A stretch of DNA of 64,000 nt from Anaerohalosphaeraceae bacterium (GCA_963675525.2 CAXXSL010000011.1:224001-288000), one strand, 5' to 3'. Positions 18,866-29,861 are shown, counted from the first letter of the stretch. A program made the numbers and translations. The notes: generated from the letters alone by a model not told the origin.

Positions 18866-19007
18866 TCTTTATTTTTCGTTTGAGTTTCCTCACTGCCATG
18901 ATCAACCCTCACTTGACCGTTCCTCTGGTGTCCGCTTTTTAAATTCACTACTTATCGAATGTATATTCTGTTTTTCGTCCGGCAATTTGCACCTCAAAAT
19001 ATGGATG

Positions 19008-19724
19008 TTACTCTTCGCAGAAAAATCCTGCAACAAATTCATTGACAGGGGTTTGCCGTATTTCATCATATGTGCCAACTTGCTGAATTCTACCGAAATT
19101 TAAGACACAGACCTTGTCTGCCAAAACCCTGGCCTCCCGATGGTCATGTGTTACATAGACGGCCGTAGCGCCAAGTTTTTTTAATATTTCTTTTATCTGT
19201 TTTCTTGCGGTTTTTCTCAACATCTGATCGAGATTACTCAGCGGTTCATCAAACAAAAACACCTTTGGTTCTCGAACAATCACTTTTCCCAGTGCGGCCC
19301 GCTGTCGCTGGCCTCCAGATAACTGATACGGTTTGCGTTCTAGTAAGTCTTCGATTTCCAGCATTTTTGCCGTATGAAGCACTTTTTCGGCAATCAGTTC
19401 TTTGGGGGTACGCTGCATTTTCAGAGCGAAGCCCATGTTTTCAAAAACCGTCATGTGCGGGTACAGCGAATAATGCTGAAACACCATCGCAACGTCACGC
19501 TCTCTCGGTTCTTTGTTGTTGACCAATTCATCGTTAAGGTAAATATCGCCACTGGTTGCGTTTTCCAACCCCGCAATCAATCTAAGAATCGTTGATTTTC
19601 CGGCTCCGCTCGGCCCGAGAAGTACCATCGTCTCGCCCTCTTTGACCTCAAGATCAACATCGCAGACGGCTTGAATCCGTCCGTCGAAAACCTTGTTGAT
19701 TTTCTCTAAACATACCTTGCTCAT
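19008..19724 (-). CDS. ABC importer ATP-binding subunit (MalK/PotA/FbpC-like, no TOBE tail)
   Basis: GPSGAGKS, MVFQHYSLYPHMTV, LSGGQRQR, DEPLSNLD, YVTHD. Confidence 0.92.
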   Translation of the reverse strand: MSKVCLEKINKVFDGRIQAVCDVDLEVKEGETMVLLGPSGAGKSTILRLIAGLENATSGDIYLNDELVNNKEPRERDVAMVFQHYSLYPHMTVFENMGFALKMQRTPKELIAEKVLHTAKMLEIEDLLERKPYQLSGGQRQRAALGKVIVREPKVFLFDEPLSNLDQMLRKTARKQIKEILKKLGATAVYVTHDHREARVLADKVCVLNFGRIQQVGTYDEIRQTPVNEFVAGFFCEE

Positions 19725-19740
19725 AAATATCGCATCATTT

Positions 19741-21555
19741 TCAAAAAATCCTTTTACGCAAATTGGCTTTTGTACGCCACAGGCATACGATTATAGCAAG
19801 TAAATGAAGTGTTGCATAGACGATTAATAGCGTCGGAAGACTCAATATATGATAACGACGAGGGTCAAATGTATTTTCTATGATATCCAGAACAAGACCG
19901 GGCGGCGTTAGCACCCAATATAATTCATTTAGGTCATGAATATCAATGTGAATAAGACGCTCAATGGGTCGTAATGTTCTGTAAGAAAGTTCTTCAAGCA
20001 TCAATAGTATTCCAGGGATTGCGGCCCATAATATCGCAACCAACGATAGATTGCAGATGACCGCCGTTGTTGAATGTTTGAATCGACTACTAAAATAAAG
20101 GCCGGAAGTGATTACAAAGCCGATTGCTATTGATAATACGAGTATCAGCGTAAAAAACATGGAAACAGGATTACCGGCCACATAGGCAACCATATAATAA
20201 ATCAGCAAAAAAGGCAACCAAACAATGATGATGCGTCGCAGAATACCGATGATTTTCCCGCTTAAGATCTGAGTGTCCGAATAGCATGTGGTCAAAAGAA
20301 TCAGCCATGTGCCGGATTCTTTTTCGGCTGTAATATAAGTAGCTGGAATGATAATTGTAAAAAGAATAGCCAATGTTATTATGCCGAAAACTGTGCCGGC
20401 AAGGACAATACCGAATAAATCTATACTTTCAAACAGCAATACCAAGAAAACACTGATAACAAATGCGCCCACCATCAATATCAGAGCAATAAAGACTACT
20501 TTTCGGAATTTACCGAGAACCGGGTGCAGAAATTCTTTCCAAATCATTCCGGTTCCAATGGTGCGCTGGATCATAGAATGGAGGAAGAACGGACGGCGAA
20601 GCCAATAGGTTTTGGATTTAAGAGGAGGCATTTTGTAACTTTTTCTGGTTTTCTTTGGGACCAGATTCTTTAAGGACATTTTTCGCACAAATATACATGA
20701 AATGAATAAAATACCAAGAGCCAACAACAGCAACATGCCGGACTGAACAAGCCATTTAATGGAAAACTGGCCCGATGAAGCATTGAACAAGTCGTCCGTT
20801 GTCATTGCCATCATAACATAAGGATTCGTAACATGGACAATTTCTTCAGCAATATTGTCAAATTCTATCTTAAACATTCCTCCCCAAAAAGAAACACTGT
20901 CAAGGGCCTCTCCGCCCAGGTATATCGTGAACGGAAAAAGTATAAAAATAATCGCCAGCGTGATGACGGTGAAAATTACCACCACATAGGCGCGTCGGAA
21001 AAGAATCGAATAAAATAAGCTCACGGCACTAATAAAGAAAACGGTACTTAGCGTCAAACAAAGTGCTTTGATCAAATATAACCAGGGGATTCCGCCAAAA
21101 ACGCGAACTATCGCAAGCAAAGGAAAACTAATGCCCAGTAAAATAAAAATCTGCCAAAGCCGACTGGACAACTTTCCCATAATAATCTGAAACGATGTAA
21201 TGGGTGTTGTCATTAAAACATACAACGTCCGGTTGTATATTTCTGAGTTGATTGCGGTACTACAGATAACAATTGCGACAAGCTGAGCACCAATGAACTG
21301 AAACCACGCGACAGACGTAACGATTATCTTTGAGGCTTCGGCCATCCGTGAGATATTATAAACCACGGAATTAAGGGTATACGTAACCGCGACCCACACC
21401 ATCGCCATCATAACCATCAGAAGAATAAGATAAAATGACCGTAAAAAGTAGAACCGCTTTCGGCGACTGGCAACACGAAGTTCCTTGTTGAAAATCGGCC
21501 CTGTTAACCAGTACAACGTGAAAGGCCTGACCACTTTGTTGAATATCTCTGTCAT
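19741..21555 (-). CDS. ABC-2-type permease, double domain (paralog 4)
   Basis: WLTGPIFNKELRVASRRKRFYFLR; GKL, GGIPW, TNP; second half IWKE...ITAEKESGTW. Confidence 0.85.
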   Translation of the reverse strand: MTEIFNKVVRPFTLYWLTGPIFNKELRVASRRKRFYFLRSFYLILLMVMMAMVWVAVTYTLNSVVYNISRMAEASKIIVTSVAWFQFIGAQLVAIVICSTAINSEIYNRTLYVLMTTPITSFQIIMGKLSSRLWQIFILLGISFPLLAIVRVFGGIPWLYLIKALCLTLSTVFFISAVSLFYSILFRRAYVVVIFTVITLAIIFILFPFTIYLGGEALDSVSFWGGMFKIEFDNIAEEIVHVTNPYVMMAMTTDDLFNASSGQFSIKWLVQSGMLLLLALGILFISCIFVRKMSLKNLVPKKTRKSYKMPPLKSKTYWLRRPFFLHSMIQRTIGTGMIWKEFLHPVLGKFRKVVFIALILMVGAFVISVFLVLLFESIDLFGIVLAGTVFGIITLAILFTIIIPATYITAEKESGTWLILLTTCYSDTQILSGKIIGILRRIIIVWLPFLLIYYMVAYVAGNPVSMFFTLILVLSIAIGFVITSGLYFSSRFKHSTTAVICNLSLVAILWAAIPGILLMLEELSYRTLRPIERLIHIDIHDLNELYWVLTPPGLVLDIIENTFDPRRYHILSLPTLLIVYATLHLLAIIVCLWRTKANLRKRIF

Positions 21556-21563
21556 TGATCGTT

Positions 21564-23276
21564 TTATCCTGAAACATTAAAGATGTATTTTCGCATGGAT
21601 GATCTCGCCAGAAAGAGAAAAATAAATCCGGCAACACCATATACAATGGCCGGGATCAGATTGACGCCCATCATAATCAGGCTGAACATCCAGCCTTCCT
21701 CTTCCATTCCAATCCCGACACTCATTGCAATCAAAGCCAAAGGGCTGAAGTTTATCGAACAGGGACACAGCATCCATAGTACAATTGGCACTAAAAATGT
21801 TGCCGCCATGGCCCCGGTTGTTGTTTTGAGCCGCATGCCAAAATAAGCACCCACTCCAATCAAAAATAGAACCGTTGGAATAATCGCTATTGCAACTCCT
21901 AAAATTGCAGCCGGATTCAGAACAAAGCAAACCGAAAAGATCAATACGTCACCAAAAATAATAATCCAGAAAAACGATGTTTTCCACAAAATCGCCTTCG
22001 TCTTCATCTTTAAAATTTCACGGTCTTCAATGGGCGTTGTCAGAAGAATTGGCCATGCCCGTGACTGCTTTTCCTTCGAAATGCTCAGTGCTGAAAGGGT
22101 TGCCGTCCGCAGAAAGGCGAACAAAGCCAAAATCGTTACTAAAACCGCATGAAAAACAGGATTGGTTAGAACTTCAAAATACGCCCCACAAAAATACACG
22201 ACAACAATTGCACTGATCCATGCAATTAGTCTTGCTCGCGGTCCCATTAAGTGTTCTGATTCGCCCACCCTCATCTCTTTCCATAAAATCGGATTACCGG
22301 AAACCTCAACGATTCCTCTGGTGGAAACGGCATTACTCTTATCCTTCGCGAAAATGGCACGGATTCTCCTCATTTTGGATGCCCTACCGACTCGATTTGC
22401 TGATAAATTCAACATGGTTTTTCTAAGTCGAATTGTTGACAACAAAATAACAGCCAGAAACACCAGGGTAATAATCAAGCAGTGAGTCCCCCAACTAAAA
22501 ACCGATGCTCCTTGTGGATTGCTGGTCATCACAGACGTCGTAATTTCGGCCATGGCGAGAAAGGGATTCACGATTTCCAACAAGTGGCTTGCTTGAGACA
22601 GCCATTGCCAATTACGATACTGGTTGAGCGCACCGACTAAGCCGGGAAGTAATCCAAAAACAAATAAACCTGTAAACAATATCCACCCGATTACTTTATA
22701 GGACTGCCGCGTTCGTATCGAATAATATAAACTTATGACACCGAAAAGGCAGGTTGTCGTCAGCGTAATACACAAGGAAACGATGACATAATCCCACGGC
22801 ACGCCGCCAAAAACCCTAATAATTGCAAACAGAGGCAATGTGATTCCCGTTAACAACAGAAGTTGAAAGAGACTGCCGAACAATTTTCCCATCACAATCT
22901 GCAGCGATGTGATTGGTGTTGACAGGAGAATCTCCAATGTTCGTTTATTGATCTCGCGGCTGATTGAATCGCTCAGCATCACGGTGGCCAACAGCGGCAT
23001 AGAAATAAACTCCAGCCATATGACCGCAGCGACTACGCCCCGGGATACAATTGACATGCGCATGGCTGTGAATGCCACAGATTGGCCCATCGAAGCAAAA
23101 ACCGTCGTCGTCAGCCATGTCCAAGCAATAAAAAGCAGCAAAAAACCGATAAAGATCATTCGCAATAGATAATAGCGCTTACGCCGGCTGCTGGCCCGTA
23201 GCTCCCTGTCGAAAATGGGCCCTGTCAGTCGGCTGAGAATGCGTATATTAAATGTTTTGTCCATTACCCCAGCCAA
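21564..23276 (-). CDS. ABC-2-type permease, double domain (paralog 3)
   Basis: LTGPIFDRELRASSRRKRYYLLR; ISREINKRTLEILLSTP; NPILWKE...ISKEKQSRAW. Confidence 0.85.
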   Translation of the reverse strand: MAGVMDKTFNIRILSRLTGPIFDRELRASSRRKRYYLLRMIFIGFLLLFIAWTWLTTTVFASMGQSVAFTAMRMSIVSRGVVAAVIWLEFISMPLLATVMLSDSISREINKRTLEILLSTPITSLQIVMGKLFGSLFQLLLLTGITLPLFAIIRVFGGVPWDYVIVSLCITLTTTCLFGVISLYYSIRTRQSYKVIGWILFTGLFVFGLLPGLVGALNQYRNWQWLSQASHLLEIVNPFLAMAEITTSVMTSNPQGASVFSWGTHCLIITLVFLAVILLSTIRLRKTMLNLSANRVGRASKMRRIRAIFAKDKSNAVSTRGIVEVSGNPILWKEMRVGESEHLMGPRARLIAWISAIVVVYFCGAYFEVLTNPVFHAVLVTILALFAFLRTATLSALSISKEKQSRAWPILLTTPIEDREILKMKTKAILWKTSFFWIIIFGDVLIFSVCFVLNPAAILGVAIAIIPTVLFLIGVGAYFGMRLKTTTGAMAATFLVPIVLWMLCPCSINFSPLALIAMSVGIGMEEEGWMFSLIMMGVNLIPAIVYGVAGFIFLFLARSSMRKYIFNVSG

Positions 23277-23279
23277 TCC

Positions 23280-24923
23280 TTATCTGAAAGCATATTTTCT
23301 TAGCGAGCGTTTTGCCCGTCGCAGAAAAAACAAACCAGCCGCAATATCGACAAATGGGCGAATATAGAATGATAACATATAAAACCCCATGACTGATGAC
23401 AAAAAGGTTGGAATAAGCATGACAACATAACGCAAAAAATACCACATCAGATATCCCAACAAACCTGCAACTAAGGCTGCTGTACTGGATTTTAAACGGA
23501 CGCTCAAATAGAGCCCGAATCCAATGATAAAGATGAGATTACCAATCACACTTAAAACCGAAAAGACGGACATCGCAACAACGCCTCCCGGACCAAAATT
23601 CACATCTTTATAGACAAACATACTGTAAATAACTAATGCCGAAGCAGCGTTAATCGTTAAGACCGCCCACCCCACATAGTTAGCCCTATACACAGATTTT
23701 GCCTTTGCTTTTATGATTTGACTGCTTTTGATTGGGCAACATAGAAGACCACTGAGGCTTTTGTTTTCTTTTTCTTTCGTGATCGCTGTTGAAGCACCAA
23801 CCATCGTTCTGATAAATACGATCAACCACACCGTCATAGAGTACGTTCTGAAAACAACCCCCCCAAAACCCGCTTTGTCGAAACACAAGCAAACGTAACC
23901 TGCCGCAAAACCGATTATCAACAGGATAAATAAAATCAGTTCACGTAAAGAATGATGTGCCCGGGTATCCGGTAAATTTCGGAGCTCAATCGGGTATCGG
24001 AATTTTTGTCCCAATAAGAAGTGTTTGAATCGAAACCAATAGCTATTTTGTTTGCTGTTATTTTCAAATGCGAAGGTCAGAATTGACTTGCGAAGTCCGA
24101 TTACTGTACCGGTTGCAAAGACAGTTGAAATGGCCAGCATGATCAGGCAGTGTGTGCCCCAGGGAAATGCCTTTCCTGTCGCCATGGCCCCGGTTATTTG
24201 AGGAAAGCTGACCTCGTACATGGCCGCCATCGGATTAGCCATCAGCAGCCATACTCCTTTTCCGGAAGTAGATGACAAAATCGCAATCAGCGATGGTCCC
24301 ATCGCATAGTAGATGCAGATAAACGTAATCATGATAAGAATAACTGTGTATGGGCGCTTGACTCGGCCGGAACAAAAAAGTGTTAATGTGCCCGTGAAAA
24401 TAACGGCTGTCATTGTGATTGAAAAACTCGAAATAAGATATTCCCAGTGTATACCCCCAAAAATATACACAATTGACAGGGTTGACAATGATAGGGCCAG
24501 GATAAGGGCAAGTTGGAACAGTTTGCTCAAAAGCTTTCCCATGACAATCTGTAAAGTTGTGATTGGCGTTGTCATCAGAACATTCAGTGTCCCCCGATTC
24601 ATCTCATCACAAATGGCATTGCTGAAAAACAAGACCGCAGCAATCTGTGAAACAATAAATTGAAACCAAACGACAGTAATAATCACTGTTCTGCCAACTT
24701 CAGCCATGCGTGAAACATTATAAGACGAACTTTGCAAACCAAGAGAAGCGTTTTTTGCCAACCATGCCGTTATTACAACGATTGCCATAATAACAAGGTA
24801 TAAACTTCGCAGAACGTAATACCGCTTGCGCCGGCTGCAAACCCGCAATTCCTTTTCGAAGATGGGGCCGATTAGCCACATCAGCCATTGGGCTGGAAAC
24901 GAGACCGACGTTAATCTGTTCAT
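23280..24923 (-). CDS. ABC-2-type permease, double domain (paralog 2)
   Basis: WLIGPIFEKELRVCSRRKRYYVLR; ICDEMNRGTLNVLMTTP; ITKEKENKSL. Confidence 0.85.
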   Translation of the reverse strand: MNRLTSVSFPAQWLMWLIGPIFEKELRVCSRRKRYYVLRSLYLVIMAIVVITAWLAKNASLGLQSSSYNVSRMAEVGRTVIITVVWFQFIVSQIAAVLFFSNAICDEMNRGTLNVLMTTPITTLQIVMGKLLSKLFQLALILALSLSTLSIVYIFGGIHWEYLISSFSITMTAVIFTGTLTLFCSGRVKRPYTVILIMITFICIYYAMGPSLIAILSSTSGKGVWLLMANPMAAMYEVSFPQITGAMATGKAFPWGTHCLIMLAISTVFATGTVIGLRKSILTFAFENNSKQNSYWFRFKHFLLGQKFRYPIELRNLPDTRAHHSLRELILFILLIIGFAAGYVCLCFDKAGFGGVVFRTYSMTVWLIVFIRTMVGASTAITKEKENKSLSGLLCCPIKSSQIIKAKAKSVYRANYVGWAVLTINAASALVIYSMFVYKDVNFGPGGVVAMSVFSVLSVIGNLIFIIGFGLYLSVRLKSSTAALVAGLLGYLMWYFLRYVVMLIPTFLSSVMGFYMLSFYIRPFVDIAAGLFFLRRAKRSLRKYAFR

Positions 24924-26699
24924 CTATACTATTTTCTTTCTTAATCGTATTTTTGTAATAACCAGAAAAACAACCCCGGCTGCTATATGAAGTGACCCAA
25001 CAGCCGTTAACATGATCATTGTCTTAATAAAATTCATCTCTCCCCCGATTTTCCAATGATAGATTAACTGGCTCCAAAGTTTTCCTGCGTGAGATGATCC
25101 ACCTGTTGAATTCAAAATCTCTCCCAAGTGATAAAATGGATTCAGCATGATCACTGCCTCGATCAGATCATCACCCAAATGCATTATTTCACCAATAAGA
25201 ACTGCCAACAGAGGAATTCCTCCCCAGATGAGTGCCACAAAAATCAAATTGGCAATCACCGCACTGGTTGTATGTTTAAACAGGCAGCTAAACAGTACAC
25301 CGGAAGAGGTTGCGAAGAAAACTAAAGGAACAATAATCGTAATAATCTGCGGCAATGCAGCGGGATGGATATAAGTGCTTGTGAAGAAGATAGCATGTAA
25401 AAAAAGAATGGACCAGAACGGCGCACTTCTTCGAAAAACACCAATTACTTTGGCCGCAATGATCTGCCAGTCTGTAACTAACGTACTTAACAATATCGGC
25501 CATGTTCGGCTGTTTTTCTCTGAGGTAATTGTCGTAGCCGCAAAGGTCGCAGTAAAAAAAAGGCCTGAAATAGAAAAGATCATGCCATACATAATATGAC
25601 AATCAGCTTCGTCCAGAAAATTCTCCTGTTCAAAAATGTAGTAGGAAATCAGAATACTCCCCGCGATCAGGATAACAGAAAGAGTTTTTTTGACAACCCC
25701 CATATTAAACGTCGATGACCGTAGTTCTTTCCACAACAGCGGCGGACCTTTGACACGACGAATCTTATCCATTTTCGTGAACAAGAAAAAGCCTCTCTTC
25801 TTCTTAATACGATCCAGCTGTCCGCAGGCCTGCAGCAACGCTTTTTTTCGTACCACGATAACCGCGCGTAAAAACAAGAGAGCCGAACCTGTCAGCATGA
25901 ACAAACAATGCCAGCCCCATCCGAATGTACTAAACGGAATGGAACGGGGGCTGAACAACTCTTGTACCAGTACCTGCATGATAAGCAATGGATTTGCCAC
26001 CATGACCCATTTGAATACAGCGTTTTCCTTGACATCAAAGTGTTCAATTACAATCCAACCTAAAAATAACGGCAAAAATAAATACAGCAATAGCAATGCC
26101 AGAACCGTCCGTATAATTGCAATATAGGCATGTTTGTCATGAATGGAGAAATTCAGGGTGAGCATCCCGGCAAAAATGACAGCCATCAGTGTAATACAAA
26201 AACTTATTAACAGGAAATTCCACGGGACACCGCCAAAAACTCTGACGATCCCAAGGATGGGCAGCGTCAGACATAGAAGTAAAGTAATCTGCAACAGCTT
26301 ACTAAAAATCTTGCCTGCAACAACATGCAATGTACTGATAGGCGTAGACATAAGAACGCCCAATGTTTTGTGGTACACTTCATCACTGATGGAGTTACTC
26401 AACATAACCACCGAAATTATCTGAGCCAGATAAAACTGAATCATCACCACAACACCAGTAATCACCAATCCAACCTGAGACAGTCTGGATATCTGGTAAC
26501 CAATACTGTTGCTCCGTAAGCCAATTTCCTCCGCCCAGATTAAAGCCAGCACAAGCAGCAAGATAAGCAGATACGCCACCCTCAAAAAATAATTCCGCTT
26601 GCGTCTGCTGGATATCCGCAGTTCTTTATCGAAAATCGGCCCTGTTAGCCATGACAAGGTTGTTGCTTTCCAAAAAATGGTTGCCATTGCGTCTCTCAT
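24924..26699 (-). CDS. ABC-2-type permease, double domain (paralog 1)
   Basis: WLTGPIFDKELRISSRRKRNYFLR; ISDEVYHKTLGVLMSTP; PLLWKE...ITSEKNSRTW. Confidence 0.85.
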   Translation of the reverse strand: MRDAMATIFWKATTLSWLTGPIFDKELRISSRRKRNYFLRVAYLLILLLVLALIWAEEIGLRSNSIGYQISRLSQVGLVITGVVVMIQFYLAQIISVVMLSNSISDEVYHKTLGVLMSTPISTLHVVAGKIFSKLLQITLLLCLTLPILGIVRVFGGVPWNFLLISFCITLMAVIFAGMLTLNFSIHDKHAYIAIIRTVLALLLLYLFLPLFLGWIVIEHFDVKENAVFKWVMVANPLLIMQVLVQELFSPRSIPFSTFGWGWHCLFMLTGSALLFLRAVIVVRKKALLQACGQLDRIKKKRGFFLFTKMDKIRRVKGPPLLWKELRSSTFNMGVVKKTLSVILIAGSILISYYIFEQENFLDEADCHIMYGMIFSISGLFFTATFAATTITSEKNSRTWPILLSTLVTDWQIIAAKVIGVFRRSAPFWSILFLHAIFFTSTYIHPAALPQIITIIVPLVFFATSSGVLFSCLFKHTTSAVIANLIFVALIWGGIPLLAVLIGEIMHLGDDLIEAVIMLNPFYHLGEILNSTGGSSHAGKLWSQLIYHWKIGGEMNFIKTMIMLTAVGSLHIAAGVVFLVITKIRLRKKIV

Positions 26700-26717
26700 A
26701 AATGTATCTCTTTTCGG

Positions 26718-27647
26718 TCAATGAACCATTCCCTTGGTTAATTGCAGGAATGCATCATCCAACTTCATTTTCTCGGGCTCAATGGATATGATATCAACAT
26801 TTCCATGCACCAGTGTTTTGGCAACCACACTTCCGGCAGTCTGGCCGTCGGTGAAGTTTACGAGTAGATATGATTTCTGTTCTGTCACTTTTTCAATCTC
26901 AGGGACAGCATTCAGTAATTCAATGGCCTTTTGCTTGTGCTCATGGAACACCGTAACACGTACCTTGGAATGAGTCCCCAGTTTTTTCCAGATTTCCTCC
27001 AGTGTCCCGCTGAACACAAGTTGTCCATGCTCAATAATCCCCACATAGTCACATATTTCCTCGAGTTCACTAAGGATATGGCTGGAAATCATGATTGTTT
27101 TGCCCATTTTTTTCAGCTCACGCAGCAACTCACGTATTTCGATTCGTGCCCTGGGATCAAGACCACTGGCAGGTTCATCCAGAATCAGTACCTTCGGATC
27201 ATGGATAAGAACTCTGGCTAATCCAAGCCGCTGCTGCATCCCTCTGGAAAGGCTGTCAACAGCTGCATTTTTTTTGCCCACAAGATCTGTTAACTCAAGC
27301 ACGCCTTCAACAATAGACTTTCGTTGTTTGGAAGGAATGTCAAATGCCGCCGCAAAAAACTCAAGATACTCAAAAACTTTTAAATCATCATAGACACCCA
27401 TAAAATCCGGCATGTAGCCAACGGTTCTTCTGACCTCCTTGCCCTGGGTTAAAACGTTTTTTCCATTAACAAACGCCTGGCCGCGGGTTGGCTCCAGAAG
27501 CGTAGCCAGGATTCTCATGGTCGTTGTCTTGCCGGCACCATTGGGACCAATGAAACCATAGATGTCTCCCTGCCCAATTTTGAGGTTCAAGTTCACCAAG
27601 GCCTGAAGCTCACCGTAACATTTTGTTAAATTAGTTATCTCTATCAT
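26718..27647 (-). CDS. ABC-2/DrrA-type ATP-binding protein
   Basis: GPNGAGKTT, GYMPD, LSRGMQQRL, DEPASGLDP, SSHILSEL. Confidence 0.94.
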   Translation of the reverse strand: MIEITNLTKCYGELQALVNLNLKIGQGDIYGFIGPNGAGKTTTMRILATLLEPTRGQAFVNGKNVLTQGKEVRRTVGYMPDFMGVYDDLKVFEYLEFFAAAFDIPSKQRKSIVEGVLELTDLVGKKNAAVDSLSRGMQQRLGLARVLIHDPKVLILDEPASGLDPRARIEIRELLRELKKMGKTIMISSHILSELEEICDYVGIIEHGQLVFSGTLEEIWKKLGTHSKVRVTVFHEHKQKAIELLNAVPEIEKVTEQKSYLLVNFTDGQTAGSVVAKTLVHGNVDIISIEPEKMKLDDAFLQLTKGMVH

Positions 27648-27659
27648 GTTTGCTTCCCC

Positions 27660-29837
27660 TTACAATTCATCTGGAAATACTACCAATCTGTACAATTTAC
27701 GATTGACATAGCCACATTCTTTGTCTTTGATTTGAATCGTCGGCTCCTTTGTATTCATCTCTGCACATACAACTGCCGCCCCTCGCTCAATCATTGCGAT
27801 AAGGGCTTTTGTCCTGTCTAAGCTCCCCTTTGCAATATAGGATTCTTCTGTGTTTAGTATTGGGTTATTAAACTTTATTGTCTCGCGATAATTCTTGTCG
27901 CTATCGATGTGCCAAACCTGCTTTTTCTTAAGGCCGCCTTTGAAAGTCTTTGTTGTAATCGGCTCAAGGGCATCAAATTCAAAAACACGGTTATCAGAAA
28001 AAACAATATATCCTTTTTCCAAACGCGTATCTGACAGATTCGAAACCTCAGCAATAATTTGATTCTGCTGTCTCGTTACCGTTGCTCGGATCGGAAAACT
28101 TTCAACCGGCTCTTCGCATAACAAACACTGCATTGTCCAGATATTCACAGGTAACGCATAAGGGATATTCGCACCATCATACTGCGTGCAGTAAACATTC
28201 CGAGTTGCGCCCTGTCCTCCTCGATAAGAATAGATTTCCCTCTGCTCAGGTGAGATTGCGGACCACCACTGTTTATTGTTGATCCCGTCGAGTTGATATT
28301 TATCGCTCTTGGGTGCAAACAGTCCCGCATGGGTTGACGACCATGTCGAATCTTGTGTCGTAATGGAATCCGTTACTGTAACAGAACGGTATTGAAGTTC
28401 ACCGCTTCGTAATACCTGCACACCGTAATAGGCTCCGACCGTAAAAACAGTAATCCAAAAAGTACAGGTCAGCCATGTCAATGGCTGTCTGTCCAGTTTT
28501 TTCAATACGATGTAGTCCACTGGACCCAGCAACACCGCCAGCAGTACCAGCAACAGGATTACCCACCAGATACTCAAAGGTCGCATCTGCGGAATATTTA
28601 ATAAATATCCCATTACAGCATTACTGCCTGCCTGCTCAAGCCCAATCCCATAGCGATTCGGATAATAATCATAATTATGTTCCTCCTCTTCAGTGTTCAT
28701 ATTTGGTATAATGTCCCGAACAGACATTACCTGAATCTGCTGTAGATCATATTGAAACTGATTATAATTGTAAGACTCATTTTCAGTTTTCTCGGGCAAC
28801 TCAGGTTGTTGGTCCCTAATCACGGAATCCACAAGAACTAAGGAAAGCAAATTAATCCAAAATTGTGGTAATTGATGATTCGCAGCCTTTTCCAGTGTCG
28901 AGGGATCAAACGAAAGCATGCCAATTCTTCCGAATCCACAATATCCGATTCCCAAAAGGGCAGTGTCCTGTTCAGTACTTACAAAATCGCAAAGTCTGGA
29001 ATCATTTGATCTGATGGGCCATGCAATAACTTCTTCGGGCTTTTCGAGCTTCAGTTTGATGATATCGGCGGTTGCCGGCGGAATCGTATATTGTTCTGAA
29101 CTCAGAACTTCAAACGGCAGGCAAGATGCCAACGGATTGTCTTGCGATAATGGATGCGATGATAAGATCAGCAATACCTTTCCTCCATTGCGAACCCACT
29201 GCTCAATGGCCTTCAATTGGTTTGCATTACACTGACTCATGTCGGCGTCATAAAGTACCAGAATATCGAGTGCGCAGTACCCCGTCCAGTCCCAAGGCAG
29301 TTGCACAGGAAGCTTGTCTTTGACAAAGACCCTGCCAATGGAACGACCATATTTACAGGCTGCTTCCTCTTCTAGCTTAAGAATGCCAAACTTTCTTTGC
29401 CCGACGAGGCCCACCAAGAGGTCATTTTCACCGAGTGAATGTAACACTTGTTTGTTTTGGGAGTAATCCCAAAGATTGTAAGACTTTGACCAAACTGTTT
29501 TTCCCTTCGGAGTGGAAATGCGGACCGAGCACTTCTCTGCTCCGTAAGCAAATTTTGTGACCAAAGGAATGTTCAATCGCACATTTGGCGTCAATACAAA
29601 CTCATGATTGATGATCAGATTATTCAGGCCATCTTGTTGTGCGGAAATTGAAAGCACTCCCTGGAAAGGTTCGGTGAGTGTGCTAGTGATACCGACATTG
29701 ACGGTTGTCCACTGCATGGGCCGATAGTAACCATCCCACCCAAAGAAGCAGTCAACATTAAATATGATATCTTCACACAGTCCAGCACCACAGCATAAAA
29801 TAAGTATCTGGGTTAGTACAAACACTTTCTTGACCAT
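27660..29837 (-). CDS. large exported membrane protein with GATase1-like domain
   Basis: signal peptide; LPWDWTGY.ALDILVL...QLKAIEQWVRNGGKVLL; central TMs (GPVDYIVLKK..R..LTW). Confidence 0.8.
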   Translation of the reverse strand: MVKKVFVLTQILILCCGAGLCEDIIFNVDCFFGWDGYYRPMQWTTVNVGITSTLTEPFQGVLSISAQQDGLNNLIINHEFVLTPNVRLNIPLVTKFAYGAEKCSVRISTPKGKTVWSKSYNLWDYSQNKQVLHSLGENDLLVGLVGQRKFGILKLEEEAACKYGRSIGRVFVKDKLPVQLPWDWTGYCALDILVLYDADMSQCNANQLKAIEQWVRNGGKVLLILSSHPLSQDNPLASCLPFEVLSSEQYTIPPATADIIKLKLEKPEEVIAWPIRSNDSRLCDFVSTEQDTALLGIGYCGFGRIGMLSFDPSTLEKAANHQLPQFWINLLSLVLVDSVIRDQQPELPEKTENESYNYNQFQYDLQQIQVMSVRDIIPNMNTEEEEHNYDYYPNRYGIGLEQAGSNAVMGYLLNIPQMRPLSIWWVILLLVLLAVLLGPVDYIVLKKLDRQPLTWLTCTFWITVFTVGAYYGVQVLRSGELQYRSVTVTDSITTQDSTWSSTHAGLFAPKSDKYQLDGINNKQWWSAISPEQREIYSYRGGQGATRNVYCTQYDGANIPYALPVNIWTMQCLLCEEPVESFPIRATVTRQQNQIIAEVSNLSDTRLEKGYIVFSDNRVFEFDALEPITTKTFKGGLKKKQVWHIDSDKNYRETIKFNNPILNTEESYIAKGSLDRTKALIAMIERGAAVVCAEMNTKEPTIQIKDKECGYVNRKLYRLVVFPDEL

Positions 29838-29861
29838 TTTCGCTCCCGAAAAAAATCTGTT

